In this document: piece after piece, positions 14,501 to 26,200 of the stretch
How the letters are laid out: each line of letters begins with the position of its first letter
Position numbering within the stretch: position 1 is the stretch's first letter
Assembly (NCBI GenBank): GCA_950097015.1
Contig: CATNEN010000024.1
Coordinates: 124,001 to 188,000 of the forward strand
Source: Macrostomum hystrix
Lineage: Eukaryota; Animalia; Platyhelminthes
Length of the DNA stretch: 64,000 nt
Direction: 5' to 3'
Made by a program: the position numbers and the translations under genes
The notes under the pieces: model-generated
Told to the model about the DNA's origin: nothing
The model's input: only the letters and a program-made list of their open reading frames with translations
The model's database searches: none

Positions 14501-17500
14501 CGCTCCTGCCTTTATGAGGTGAGTTGGCCACACTTGGCTGAGCTTCACGTCTTCTGCTTCTCGCGGCATCCAAGCAATTAAATTAACTGTAAATAGGTAC
14601 AGCACTGGATTTCGGCACCAAGTCAGGGCAGATGTACACACTTGTGTGGGTGTATCCATGCGCGTGTGTACTGCTATCTTCTAAATGATGCGCCACCCCA
14701 CAGCCAAAGTGGGAATCTAGAGTTTAGAACGTCGGACACATGAATTGAAGGTCGGGCGTTCGATTCCCGACTCCACTGGAGCTACGAGCGTTTGTGTCTC
14801 TTTGAAAGAAATTAACTCAGCATTGCCGTTGCTTCAGTTCGCCCTGGTGTTAACAATACGAAGACCTCGCTAGTCCCCCCCATGAATGATCCTTCCATAA
14901 AGGAAGGATTCATTAAGGGCAGCATCTTCTAAACTGTTTAATGCGGAAGATTTTGAAACTTGTACACAAAATTTGCCGCTTCCAGTTGCCCCAGCTGCGC
15001 ATTTCGGCCGGCGAACTGGCAAAACAGCTGCGCGGCCTCATTGACCTGCGCAGCCGGCTCTGCGGCGACAGATACGGTGAGCTGGGGCTGTCTATGGCTT
15101 TCACTGTGGAAATTGTCTTTGCTTACTACTGCCGGCTAGTCAGTATGATAGTGCGGATCAAAAACACTGAAGACAAATTGTGTCTCATTAGTCCTAAAGT
15201 CCGTGAGTCTCTTGAGTCCTTAAGTCTCTTGAGTCTCATGAGTCCTTAAGTCTCTTGAGTCTCATGAGTCCTTCAGTCTCTTGAGTCTCTTGTGTCTCAT
15301 GAGTCTGTGAGTCTCTTGTGTCTCTTGTGTCCCATGAGTCCTTAAGTCCATGAGTCTCTTAAGTCCCATGAGTCCTTGAGTCTCTTGTGTCCCATGAGTC
15401 CTTGAGTCTCTTGTGTCTCATGAGTCCTTGAGTCTCTTGTGTCCCATGAGTCCTTGAGTCTCTTGTGTCCCATGAGTCCTTGAGTCTCTTGTGTCCCATG
15501 AGTCCTTGAGTCTCTTGTGTCTCATGAGTCCTTGAGTCTCTTGTGTCCCATGAGTCCTTGAGTCTCTTGTGTCTCATGAGTCCTTCAGTCTCTTGTGTCC
15601 CATGAGTCCTTGAGTCTCTTGTGTCCCATGAGTCCTTGAGTCTCTTGTGTCCCATGAGTCCTTGAGTCTCTTGTGTCTCATGAGTCCTTCAGTCTCTTGA
15701 GTCTCTTGTGTCTCATGAGTCCGTGAGTCTCTTGTGTCTCATGAGTCCTTGAGTCTCTTGTGTCTCATGAGTCCTTGAGTCTCTTGTGTCCCATGAGTCC
15801 TTGAGTCTCTTGTGTCTCATGAGTCCTTCAGTCTCTTGAGTCTCTTGTGTCTCATGAGTCCTTGAGTCTCTTGTGTCCCATGAGTCCTTGAGTCTCTTGT
15901 GTCTCATGAGTCCTTCAGTCTCTTGAGTCTCTTGTGTCTCATGAGTCCGTGAGTTTCTGAGTCCCTTGAGTCCGTTAGTCTCTTGTTGCTCGTTTTTGTA
16001 CTTGAGTCTTGTCGGTCTCTCGTGGAAAACAAGGCTCATATTTTAACTCAAAAATTGTAGGCCCGGCGACAACCTACAGCAGTCTTGGCGCCGCCTTCAG
16101 CAGCTACGGCGCGCCCTCGCCCAGTCCGTCGTCGAACCAGATGCCGACCTCGTCCTCGGTGGACAGCATCGCCGTCAGCAGCAGCCATAACGCTTCAGTG
16201 GTCGCGTCGTCAACTGCAGCAGTGACAGCGTCACTAAAGCCGGTCAAAGACAAAAAGCGGCGCATGTTCTTTCGGTCAAAGAAGTGGAAATCTACGAACT
16301 TGCCGCGCTCCCAGACGGTGGACGCCACCGTCGGGTTTCAACCCGAGGCTGCCACGGCGCCTGGGACATCAACAACGGTGAGGCCTTCGACAACGGAGGC
16401 GAGTTCAAAGAGGCGCGGCCTGCGGCGCCTGTTCTGGCGCGGCAGTTCGCGTGGTGACAGCGGTACCCTATCGCCGTCGTCACCGATGCCGCAGACGCCG
16501 CAGACACCGACTGCTGGCAACTCACCGATGACAGCTGCGATGACAACCTCTGCGATGACAGCGTCGTCGTCTACTGCTGCTGCTGTTTCTGCTGGTGGAC
16601 CTAATGGGGGAGATTTTGGACTTTCGATGCTGAGATCGCAGAGCGACGACGAGATTGTTGGCGGCCAGTTTCTGAGCGGCCTGGCATCTCCGGGGTCCAG
16701 GAACGGTCACACTGCAAGACTGGGTCAGGTGAGATCAATCTGATATTTTAATAAGAAATATTCTAATGATAACAAGGAGATCGAGTCAGACTTCTTTAGT
16801 CATTCAGTCGAATATTTTAGTCGTTGAGTCGTTGAGTTCTTAAGTAATTGAGTGCTTGAATCATTGTGTCTCATTGAGTCATTAAGCATTGAATCCTTGA
16901 GTCCTTGAGTCCTCCAGCCCTTGAGTCCTTGAGCCCTTGAGTCATTGAGTCATTGAGTCATTAAGCATTGAGTCCTTGAGTCCTTGAGTCCTCCAGCCCT
17001 TGAGTCCTTGAGCCCTTGAGTAATTGAGTCATTGAGTCATTGAGTCATTGAGTCATTGAGTCATGGAGTCATGGAGTCCTTGCGTCATCGAGTCCTTGAG
17101 TCCTTAGCAATCGTCCATCGCAACGTCCAGGTTCTCGAGTACATCCCAGGCGCCGATTCAATGACCTCCATGACATCTCAGCTAACCATGGGCAGTGGCG
17201 GCTTTAGCATCGGCTTCGACGACATCAACAACGGTGACTTAGGCGACGTAGGCAGCGGCGGGAATCGCTACGAGCGGCTGCTGGCTCAAATGCGGCAGCT
17301 GCGCGCCCGACACCAGGCTGAGCGGCAGTCAGGGCAGATGCTGCGCCTCCGCCTCGAGGCCTGCGAGCTCCGCCTCGCCGACGCCGAAGCTGAGGCGCGC
17401 CGCTGGCGCCAGGAGGCCGCGCTGAATCGGCGCCAGGCAGCCGAGGCGGTCGAACAGCTGGAGGCCACCCGAGCCAACTATGAGCAGCTGCTCCAGGCGC

Positions 17501-17898
17501 ACCCGCCGCCGCCGCTGCCTCCACCGCCGCCATCTCAAAACGTGCCTATGCCTCATCAGCAGCTGCTGCTGCCTGCGGAGCCGATTGGCTCTCACGACAG
17601 CGGCATCGGGCTGGGCCAATCAGAAAGCGGCTACGGACTGGCCAGGTGGGGCAGCGGGTCAGCGACCGCCGTCAAGTTGGCGGCCGTGACGAACGGCGCA
17701 GCCGGAGCCGCTGTCGACAGTCAGCGGCCGCCGAGGCCCCTACGATTTGCGGTTCCTCCGCCGCCATCACCGCAGCAGCCGCTGAATCAGCAGCAGCAGC
17801 AGCAGAATTCATTTATTCATCAGAGACAGCATTTCTATCAGCACCGTCAGCAGCAGCAGCAGCAGCAGCAGCAGCTGAGGCCACATTCAGAAGCCTGA
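7181..17898 (+). CDS. SH2-domain tyrosine-kinase-like pseudokinase with low-complexity region and C-terminal coiled coil (868 aa, 8 coding exons)
   Basis: Exons 7181-7314, 10940-11183, 11789-11895, 13300-13525, 14150-14518, 14986-15076, 16061-16728, 17131-17898. All are GT-AG and phase-compatible; total 2607 nt. An in-frame TGA at 7148 lies upstream of the ATG. SH2 motifs: WFF..., PDGAFLVRS, VKHLWI, KFASVRHMIERY. Kinase motifs: RLDHANVLRLLG, LIVEHINCGNLRQFL, AASGLAYLHRKGILHCDL, ADVWAFGLLLWSAFTLG. Confidence 0.9.
7550..7988. repeat. 21-bp pyrimidine-rich intronic minisatellite (TCTCTCTCCTCAGTTATATAT)n, ~21 copies
   Basis: 21-nt period. It generates the 7-aa-period ORFs 7449-8207. It lies in the first intron after the ATG exon of the SH2-pseudokinase gene. 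Confidence 0.97.
8548..8582. repeat. (CTG)n microsatellite, ~11 units
   Basis: Direct sequence. Confidence 0.9.
9003..10890. repeat. 25-bp intronic minisatellite (CTGGACCTCTTCAAAGC[A/T]TCATAA[A/G])n, ~75 copies
   Basis: 25-nt period (CTGG at 9127 and 9152). It ends ~50 nt before the 10940 acceptor. Confidence 0.97.
11955..13275. repeat. 73-bp intronic minisatellite rich in GAGTC/GACTC, ~18 copies
   Basis: Period 73 (CATGACTC at 12025 and 12098). It ends ~25 nt before the 13300 acceptor. Confidence 0.96.
14715..14875 (+). mobile_element. Degenerate tRNA-derived SINE relic in intron 5 of the pseudokinase gene
   Basis: tRNA-like head ending in a B-box (GGTCGGGCGTTCGATTCCCGA at ~14750-14770). 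It is followed by TGTGTCTCTTTGAAAGAAATTAACTCAGCATTG...TTCAGTTCGCCCTGGTGT, which resembles the conserved central domain of invertebrate tRNA-SINEs (recalled similarity, not searched). Confidence 0.5.
15203..15985. repeat. 26-bp intronic minisatellite (CATGAGTCCTTGAGTCTCTTGTGTC[C/T])n with longer variants
   Basis: Period 26 (TGAGTCTC at 15481 and 15507). ORFs 15359-16039(-) are artefacts. Confidence 0.95.
16795..17107. repeat. 9-bp degenerate repeat (TTGAGTC[A/C]T)n in the last intron of the pseudokinase gene
   Basis: 9-nt period, visible at 17030-17070. It ends ~25 nt before the 17131 acceptor. Confidence 0.88.
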
Positions 17899-18371
17899 AA
17901 ATTCAGTATTTTATCTGCTCTGTTGATCTTACGGTTTGACACAACTTTTTTCCCGACTTGCAATTTGTACATTTTCACCTCTTCCCACAGGTCTACCTAG
18001 GGACAAAATGAACTGCTATTCGTCGTGTTAATTTTTGCTTTTCGCGTAGTTCCTTAATGTGAAACCTTTGAACGAAACTCACTTTGCCGCTTTAATTTGC
18101 TCTAAAATCAAGCTTGTGCTCGAAGTGTTTGCCTAATACACTCGTACTACTGCAAGTAGTGCAAATGATTCTACGGAAACAGAATTCAACACTAAAGCTT
18201 GTCTTCCTAAATCTTAACCGGAAGGTTCGATTGAATCCGCCTTTCGGATCTACGAGTAGATCGTAATTGTAATCGTAATCGTAATCTCGTAATTGTGTGT
18301 GAGAAAGTTTTTCAAACGAGTATACTAAGTACACGAAGCTACTCAAATTGGAAGTTAATCTAACTGAAGAC

Positions 18372-18700
18372 TACTCAAACTGTGGAAACTACTCAAACTG
18401 TGGAAACTACTCAAACTGTGGAAACTACTCAAACTGTGGAAACTACTCAAACTGTGGAAAATACTCAAACTGTGGAAACTACTCAAACTGTGGAAACTAC
18501 TCAAACTGTGGAAACTACTCAAACTGTGGAAACTACTCAAACTGTGGAAACTACTCAAACTGTGGAAACTACTCAAACTGTGGAAACTACTCAAACTGTG
18601 GAAGCTACTCAAACTGGAAGTTAATCCAACTGAAGACTCAAACTGTGGAAACTACTCAAACTGTGGAAACTACTCAAACTGTGGAAACTACTCAAACTGG
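18372..18700. repeat. 18-bp minisatellite (TGTGGAAACTACTCAAAC)n between the convergent 3' ends of the pseudokinase and troponin T genes
   Basis: 18-nt period; produces the 6-aa-period ORFs. Confidence 0.96.
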
Positions 18701-19370
18701 AAACTGCTCTAAAGGAGCATATACTGTAATGTCACACAATCAAAAGTGCAACTCTGATTGAAAGAAAATGAAAATCAAAGAGCAGGAATTTTCAAAGTGA
18801 TCGTTTCCCGTTTAGTTCGCAGTTGATACAACTTTTGTTGCTTATTGGGAAAAACCTTATCTTCAATTGATGTGCATTCGAATTGTCTATTTTAGTGAAG
18901 CAATACGAAGGTTTGACTATTCAAAGCATAGCGAATTACTTTTCATCGTATGATCGCAAACAAAACCGATAAGAACTCTTGTCTCGCATGGTTGCATGGG
19001 AAGCGCGTGAAGTTTGAGTTATTGGATTTTCATTAAAGAAACGCTTTTAGTCGGTGATTAAATAAGTAGCAGAGGTTAGATTTTGAACAGGTTAATACTG
19101 ACTCGGTAAGATGCCTCGTTTGCAGATCTTCCATGTGAAATATAAAGATAAAAAACAATATAGATAAAACAGAAACAATAGTAATAAATTATCAGAACAA
19201 ATAAACAAAGGCTGCACTGATAATAAAACGACAGAAATTGCAAGGCACAAGCGGTAGTCTATGGTAATTTTTAACTGGCGAAAACTGAAATTCCATACCA
19301 TAGATAGATTGGAGAAAAAAGAAAGGGAAAACTCGATTGCAAAACGTGATTTTTGGGGCCTAGAAGTGGT

Positions 19371-19384
19371 GTTGCCATAGCAAC
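19371..19384. promoter_or_regulatory. Canonical RFX X-box (GTTGCCATAGCAAC)
   Basis: Exact match to the palindromic X-box consensus GTTNCCATRGNAAC. No target gene identified. Confidence 0.45.
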
Positions 19385-19849
19385 ACATGGTGTATATAGA
19401 AGATAGAGCAGGCGGTGAGACAAGCGTAATATTTCTACTATTATTTTATTTAGTTACTAACAGTAATTGAGGCAATATTAAAGCACAAATTAGTTCATGG
19501 CCATGCACTTTCTCGTAAGCAGCTATAAAGCTAGAAGTTCCGCCAATCTGCACAGACAGCAGCTTTAATTTCTGTCAGTTACAAAACTGTTTGATTATTG
19601 ATATGCGAGAAAAATAGCGAAACTGATTACGAGGTTCTAACTTCTTGAGAAAGTTTCGCCAAGTTCTATTATCTGTCTGTATCTTACTTTCAATGGGTTG
19701 ACAAAAATATGAGATATAATTTTGGGCGACTTAAGTAATTTAAGTGATGTCCATTTTTTTAAATGTAATATAATTTCGTTTGACTACAATGGGCAGTAAA
19801 ATAATCGGTCGATAAAGTTGATGGAGAAAAGGATCACGTGACACATTGT

Positions 19850-19955
19850 GCGTGTTTCTTCACTGTGTCCCGTGACATTAAAAATGTTGGGTGGGTCGTT
19901 CGCGTCGGATCACGTGACAAGTGGGTTGGTTGCCTCAATATAGTCACGTGCCATT
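19850..19955. promoter_or_regulatory. Cluster of three TCACGTG E-boxes (CLEAR/USF-type)
   Basis: GATCACGTGAC occurs twice (~19852, ~19909) and GTCACGTG once (~19944), all within ~100 bp of unique sequence. Confidence 0.35.
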
Positions 19956-20286
19956 TAAAACTGTTATTCAATTTGGCTCACAGTACGCAAAACAAAATTA
20001 TCTGCCTTCCAGAGAACCAACCCTTTAATCTCTAATTAGCGAAAAGGCCACTAAGGCAAATGTCAAATGTCTAATTGTAGGGTAATAGAAACCGAATCGC
20101 AGTGTGAGCTGCTGGTGAGAGGAAGGCACAGATAAAAATAAATAAATAAAAAACAGCGACAGCGAAGACGAAAGTGAAGAAGACTCGGCGGGCGACAAAG
20201 GTTTCTTATAAGAAAAAAGAAAAGTACACATAGTGGAGTTGTGCTGTGAAATCTTTTCTGTTTTTAATAATCTTTGAGTAGTTTTT

Positions 20287-23200
20287 TCACTCGGCCGCTT
20301 CCACGGCATGTCCGCCCGCGTCGCCATTTTCGCCGAGTTCCACAGCCCGCGGGCCGCTTTCGGTGAGGATAACCTTGGACTTGGGCTGGATTCGCTCGTA
20401 CTCAATGCCGTAAATTGGGCCCTTGTATAGGTCCTGACGCTCGCCGAAGCCGCGGTGGTCCTTCACGCGCTCGTACTGGCTGTACATCACGATCTTCGGC
20501 TGCAGTGTGAGCAATGTTGAGTCGTGCGATTCAAAAAAGCTTCATTCCACATTTTGTAACTTTGGGTTTCAATGGGACAATTTGCGCTTACCGGAATTCC
20601 ACCCAGCTTCTCCGACAACGGATCGCTGAAGAAAATTTTCGGCTTCATCAAATATAGTTGCTGTAAATGATTTTGAAATTAAGAGAATACTTTTAATGCA
20701 GCAATCGCACTTACGGTGCAGTCTGGACCTTGCTGCTGGTTCCCTTCTGGCCGCTGAAATGGTAAACACAAATTAAGATTCTTTTGCGATCGGCCAGTTG
20801 ACAATCCATGTAAACAACTAGCGCATTGTCTGGAAGGTGGCTCACCCCTTCTGCATCTGTCTGGCGCGCTCAGTCAGCTCAACCATCTGAAGAACCGGAG
20901 AATCGGTTTAAAGGACTTCAAAATGATAAAATCTGCTTAAACTGAAAACTACTCAAACTGGAAACTACTCAAACTGCAAACTATACTCAAACAGGAAAAT
21001 ATGCTCAAACTGGAAACTATACTCAAACTGGAAACTATACTCAAACTGGAAACTATACTCAAACAGGAAAATATGCTCAAAACTGGAAACTATACTCAAA
21101 CTGGAAACTACTCAAACTGGAAACTATACTCAAACAGGAAAATATGCTCAAACTGGAAACTATACTCAAACTGGAAACTACTCAAACTGGAAACTATACT
21201 CAAACTGGAAACTATACTCAAACTGGAAACTATACTCAAACTGGAAACTATACTCAAACAGGAAAATATGCTCAAAACTGGAAACTATACTCAAACTGGA
21301 AACTACTCAAACTGGAAACTATTCTCAAACTGGAACTACTCAAACTGCAAACTATACTCAAACTGGAAACTACTCAAACTGGAAACTATACTCAAACTGG
21401 AAACTACTCAAACTGGAAGCTATACTCAAACTGGAAACTATACTCAAACTGCAAACTATACTCAAACTGGAAACTACTCAAACAGCAAACTATACTCAAA
21501 CTAGAGGCAATTAGATTCTACTCAAACTGAGTTAACTACTCAAACGAGAAACTGTTTTACTCGTAAGCTGCTCAAGCTTCAAACTTCTCAAACTAGAAAC
21601 GACTTTGAAGCTCAGGATTACAGTAGACAATAATGAAATCGTTACGCTAAGCGAACCTCCATGTTCTGCGACTTGAACCTCTGCTCAAGGTCGTACTTGT
21701 CGCCCTCGAGCGAGTAGATCTTGGCGAAAAGCTCCTTAGCTTTCTCCTGCAGTTGTGATTCGCCGAAGCCGTCGATGCCCAGCGGCTGAACCCGCTGCTC
21801 CAGGGCGGCCTTCTTCTCAGCGTCCAGCTGCTCCTTGGTCTTTCCCTGCTTGGCTTCGTCGGCTCCGGAGGCGCCAGTCTGCACGGAAGATGATCACGAG
21901 GTGAAAGCCCCGATGAAGGGAGGTGGAGGGTGGTTGATTTTGGAGTGTTGGGGTGCTCTCGTTTCCGATTGGCTGTGCGGCCTTACTTTCTACCCCTTAC
22001 AGGCTCTTCGGTCATACAAATCGGTGGGGTGGTTGGCAGTAGGGTTGGCTTGGGCAGTGACTCCTTATAGGCTCTGTGACCTGCAAGACATGCAACCCCG
22101 AATTTCTTCATGCTTTCAACCCCAAACTGACCACCTCAATCCACGACTTATTTTTTCGCTGATTAGCGATATTGTTCTTTGAATTTTGTTGGAACTATCT
22201 TTATTTAAATGCAGTCCTTGTTTTAAGTAGACAATTATAGAACGGACGTTATAATAAAATATAGTTTTCAATGACTACACATAAACACTTTGAGCAACAA
22301 CTGACACCAGGGTGAATAATTGGCTCTTTTCCATAGTGCAAATATAAGTCGTGCAGTGCAGGCAAAGCACCCTGAGCAAGAAATCCGGTGGGGTTGAGCA
22401 ATGATGTTCGATGTAAAGATGGTGCAGTTTTTGGTTAAGTTTCTTTATCATCCGGATTTGGAATTGTGGTAGGGTAGGCTCTATATTTATGCATCTATTC
22501 AGCGGCCTCAAGAAACACACCGGCACAACCATCACCAAAATTCAACTTGTTAAAGCTTGATTGAAAAATATCGCGGAAAGTGGTTTAGTGCCAATCGCAG
22601 TAAAGGAAGACGCATTGATTGTTTTTCCAGCTAATCTCTCCATATACATTGAGACTTCAATTTGACCTCTAATTGAGTCACTGTGCTCTGATTGGCTGAG
22701 CCAAGTAGAAAGTGTTAATTTAAACTTTAGGCATGGGTTTTGAAGAGTGATAAGACATTTTCCACCAGAGCCAATGAGAGCACAGTGAAATTTAGACACA
22801 AATTTACACTCCAGCCAATGAGAGCACAGTGAAATTTAGACACAAATTTACACTCCAGCCAATGAGAGCACAGTGAAATTTAGACACAAATTTACACTCC
22901 AGCCAATGAGAGCACAGTGAAGTTTTCTGTGGTTAAACTTTAGATGTGCATACTTGTATGTACAATTGGGCCTAATTTTTGAAATTTAAAATTTAATTAA
23001 TCCTTTCTTTGAGTCTTCTTAAATCTGTTACACACTGACACAGTTATATCTCAATGTAATATATTCCCACGCTAGGGAGGACTAATCTTAACCGATTGAG
23101 GGCTAAAAACCGTTAGACAGAACCCCTACAGTACGAATGGGGCACTACAAACCTAAATATTAAGAGTTTCCTATCGTACAAGCAGTACAACAACCCACAA

Positions 23201-26200
23201 CACATTGTACGTTAGTGTGGTTGGCTTATTTAACATCCACTAATTATCCTATAAGTTCCGTGCACTTTTCATACTCTGTTGAGAACCTTTTTTATTGATT
23301 AAATTAAAATAAGTAGAGCAGCGTGCAGCCCGCCTGAATAGATTCGGACACAAATTATTCTCCACAGACAGGTAACTCTACGAGTACAGTAGCCGGATTC
23401 CATAACACTATTCATTTACCTGCTTCTTGGTGTCAGCCTACAAATTGTGGTCGAAGAATGTCATTTTAAGTATTTTAAGATCTTTTCAAAAGCCACGTTT
23501 TCTTCTCCCAAAATATTCTACCAACTCGCCATGAAAATCCAGAAACAATATGTATTCGCCATAGAGTTTTATACATGGCATTGGAAATGGCATGACATGA
23601 CGTGGCATGGCATGGCATTGGAATGGCAATGGGTATTGGAAATAGCCCCGTGGTCATTCCCTGGGGGAAATAGCGCTGTCTTTCTACTGTTAAGCCATAA
23701 TTTGATCAAGAAGTAATTATACGAGTATATATATTGATTACAGTAACTATAAAAGTACAAAAGCATTTTAGACGATTAGAGTATCCTTACGTCCTGTCTG
23801 ACTATTTTTCATAGATGAGGTCATAAAACTCTAATATATATTACTAGATCTATCAAATTAATCAGGTGCTAGAAGCAATCGACAGTGTCGAGCTCCAGCT
23901 CACCTCGCTGCCAGACTTCTTGCTGATGGTGAAGTTGCGCTGGCTCTGGCTCTTCGTCCTCTCCTCGGCCTCCTTCTTCTTCTTCTCCCGCTCCTCCTTC
24001 CGCTTGGCCTCCTCCTCGCGCTTGCGGCGCTGGCGCTCCTCCTGGACACAGTATTTAGTAGTTTAACAATCATGTTCTAAGCATACTACTTGCGCAGTTT
24101 CATCAGTAGCCATTTCTTGTTTTCATGAGTAAAAATAAAATGAAACGCGTTTTCCGCGGCTGGAGAGCTGAACTCTTGGTGATAAAGGGTGTAACTTCAA
24201 TGTGTGACCAACTGTCACTCGCCAGACTCTCACACGAAGCATCTTAAGTTCTAGTCCGCATCATTATGGACTCACGCGTTTGAAACTTTGTGCTAATAAT
24301 TGAGTATGCTCAGAGAGGTTAGGGGAGGATCGAGCAGCATTGGCTCCTAGCTGGCTTCCAGTTACAGCCCCAGTTGCAAATTAATTTATTCCTAATAAAA
24401 TGCAACTACGCTATTAATAGCAGGCAGTAGTCAGTAGCGCATAAATTTTCGCTCACCTCCTCGGCGCGCCTCTTCTGCTCCTCGACGGCGCGCAGCTCGG
24501 CCAGGCGCTTCTCCTCCTCGGCCCGCTCCTGCTTCCTCTGCTCCTGAAGGATTGTTGAAGGCGGCGCAGGCGGTGATAATCGCCATTTTATCAACACTTA
24601 AAAACTTTGTGACGCTGCACACATCAATACTAAATACCACTAGGAGTTGGACGGGAAACTACTACTTTCCTTAGAAAACGTTTAGGAGGCTGGTTTTCGC
24701 TGCACGAAAAGTGCACTACCAAGATGGGAAATTTTCATTTTTCTTACATTCAAATAGTGCAGATCTAAAGCTTTTCTATGAAGCTATAAATAGGGAAACA
24801 AATATCAAAAGATGAGCCTTTGATCCGCGCCTCCAATGAAACTAAATTTGGGAAAAACAGCCTCCTAAACGTTTTCTGAGAAACGAAGCTGCACGTCCTT
24901 CTACTCCTAGGGTCCTTGCATAGATACCGATGAAAAAGCTGCCATTTTTTGTTTAATTTTTGGTCTGCATCACAACTTATTGTTTATGTATCGAGACGAC
25001 CTTTTTATTTAACCTTCTTCTTTAGCCTTCAAAAGAAACTTTGAAGATTGGTTGACCGAAACGGAAGCTAGCAGTGTTTTTTCGCTACTCACCCGCTTCG
25101 ACCTGAGGTCGGAGATCTCGGTGGCCAGCCTCTCGCGTTCCTCCTTGCGCATCTCCTCGTACTCCTTCATCTCCTCCTCCATCTTGGCCATGCGCTTCTT
25201 CTTCTCCTCCTGGGATGTGAAAGTCGTGTTTTTTAACTTAAATTCGATTTTCAAATTGGTGCCAAACTCGACAAATTTAAACAAAGCAAATAGCACTCAC
25301 CTCCATGCGAATCTGAGCTTCATTGCGGCCGCTATCGTCTCTGCAAAGAAACAAATTGCAACCGATTGCTTTTCTATTCGATTAAGTCAGGCGTACTCTG
25401 ATTCAGCTCAATGATGTAGTAACATGCAATCCATGTATTGATGCAAAATAGATATACCAGGTTCATGAAAGATTAGTCGGGACAGGGTTCTCTGCTCAAA
25501 CCTTTTAACGCCGTCACCAAAAACATTGGCACCATGCAACTAATCATACTACTGCAGCAACAGCTCCGCAAAGTAGTATCATTTGCAAAAAGTTCACTTA
25601 GCAGTGTAATATTTAATCGGGTGCTGAAGCAAGCGTTCTTAGCGCTAGTAACTACTGGCATTGGCTGCGACTTTGAGGTGCACTGTGTCTATCACTCATT
25701 GGCGATGAAGCTTTTTAACAGTAGAAAGACCACTGGAGGTAGTTCATATACCCACATTTTCCTTGTTTCTGTATCTCCCAAAATGTTCTACCAATCGCAA
25801 TTGAAACTCGAGAAAACGGGTCAAAATTTTCCGCTCTCTCCGATGGAACAAGTTCCAGAATAACAAAACATCAGCGTCGTCGAGATCCCCCCAGGGGGGG
25901 GGGAAACGACGTGATCTTTCCCAGGGGGGCGGAAACGACGTGGTCTTTCCCAGGGGGGGGAAACGACATGGTCTTTCCCAGGGGGGGGAAACGACGTGGT
26001 CTTTCCCAGGGGGGCGGAAACGACGTGGTCTTTCCCAGGGGGGCGGAAACGACGTGGTCTTTCCCAGGGGGGCGGAAACGACGTGGTCTTTCCCAGGGGG
26101 GGGAAACGACGTGGTCTTTCCCAGGGGGGGGAAACGACGTGGTCTTTCCCAGGGGGGGGAAACGACGTGGTCTTTCCCAGGGGGGCGGAAACGACGTGGT

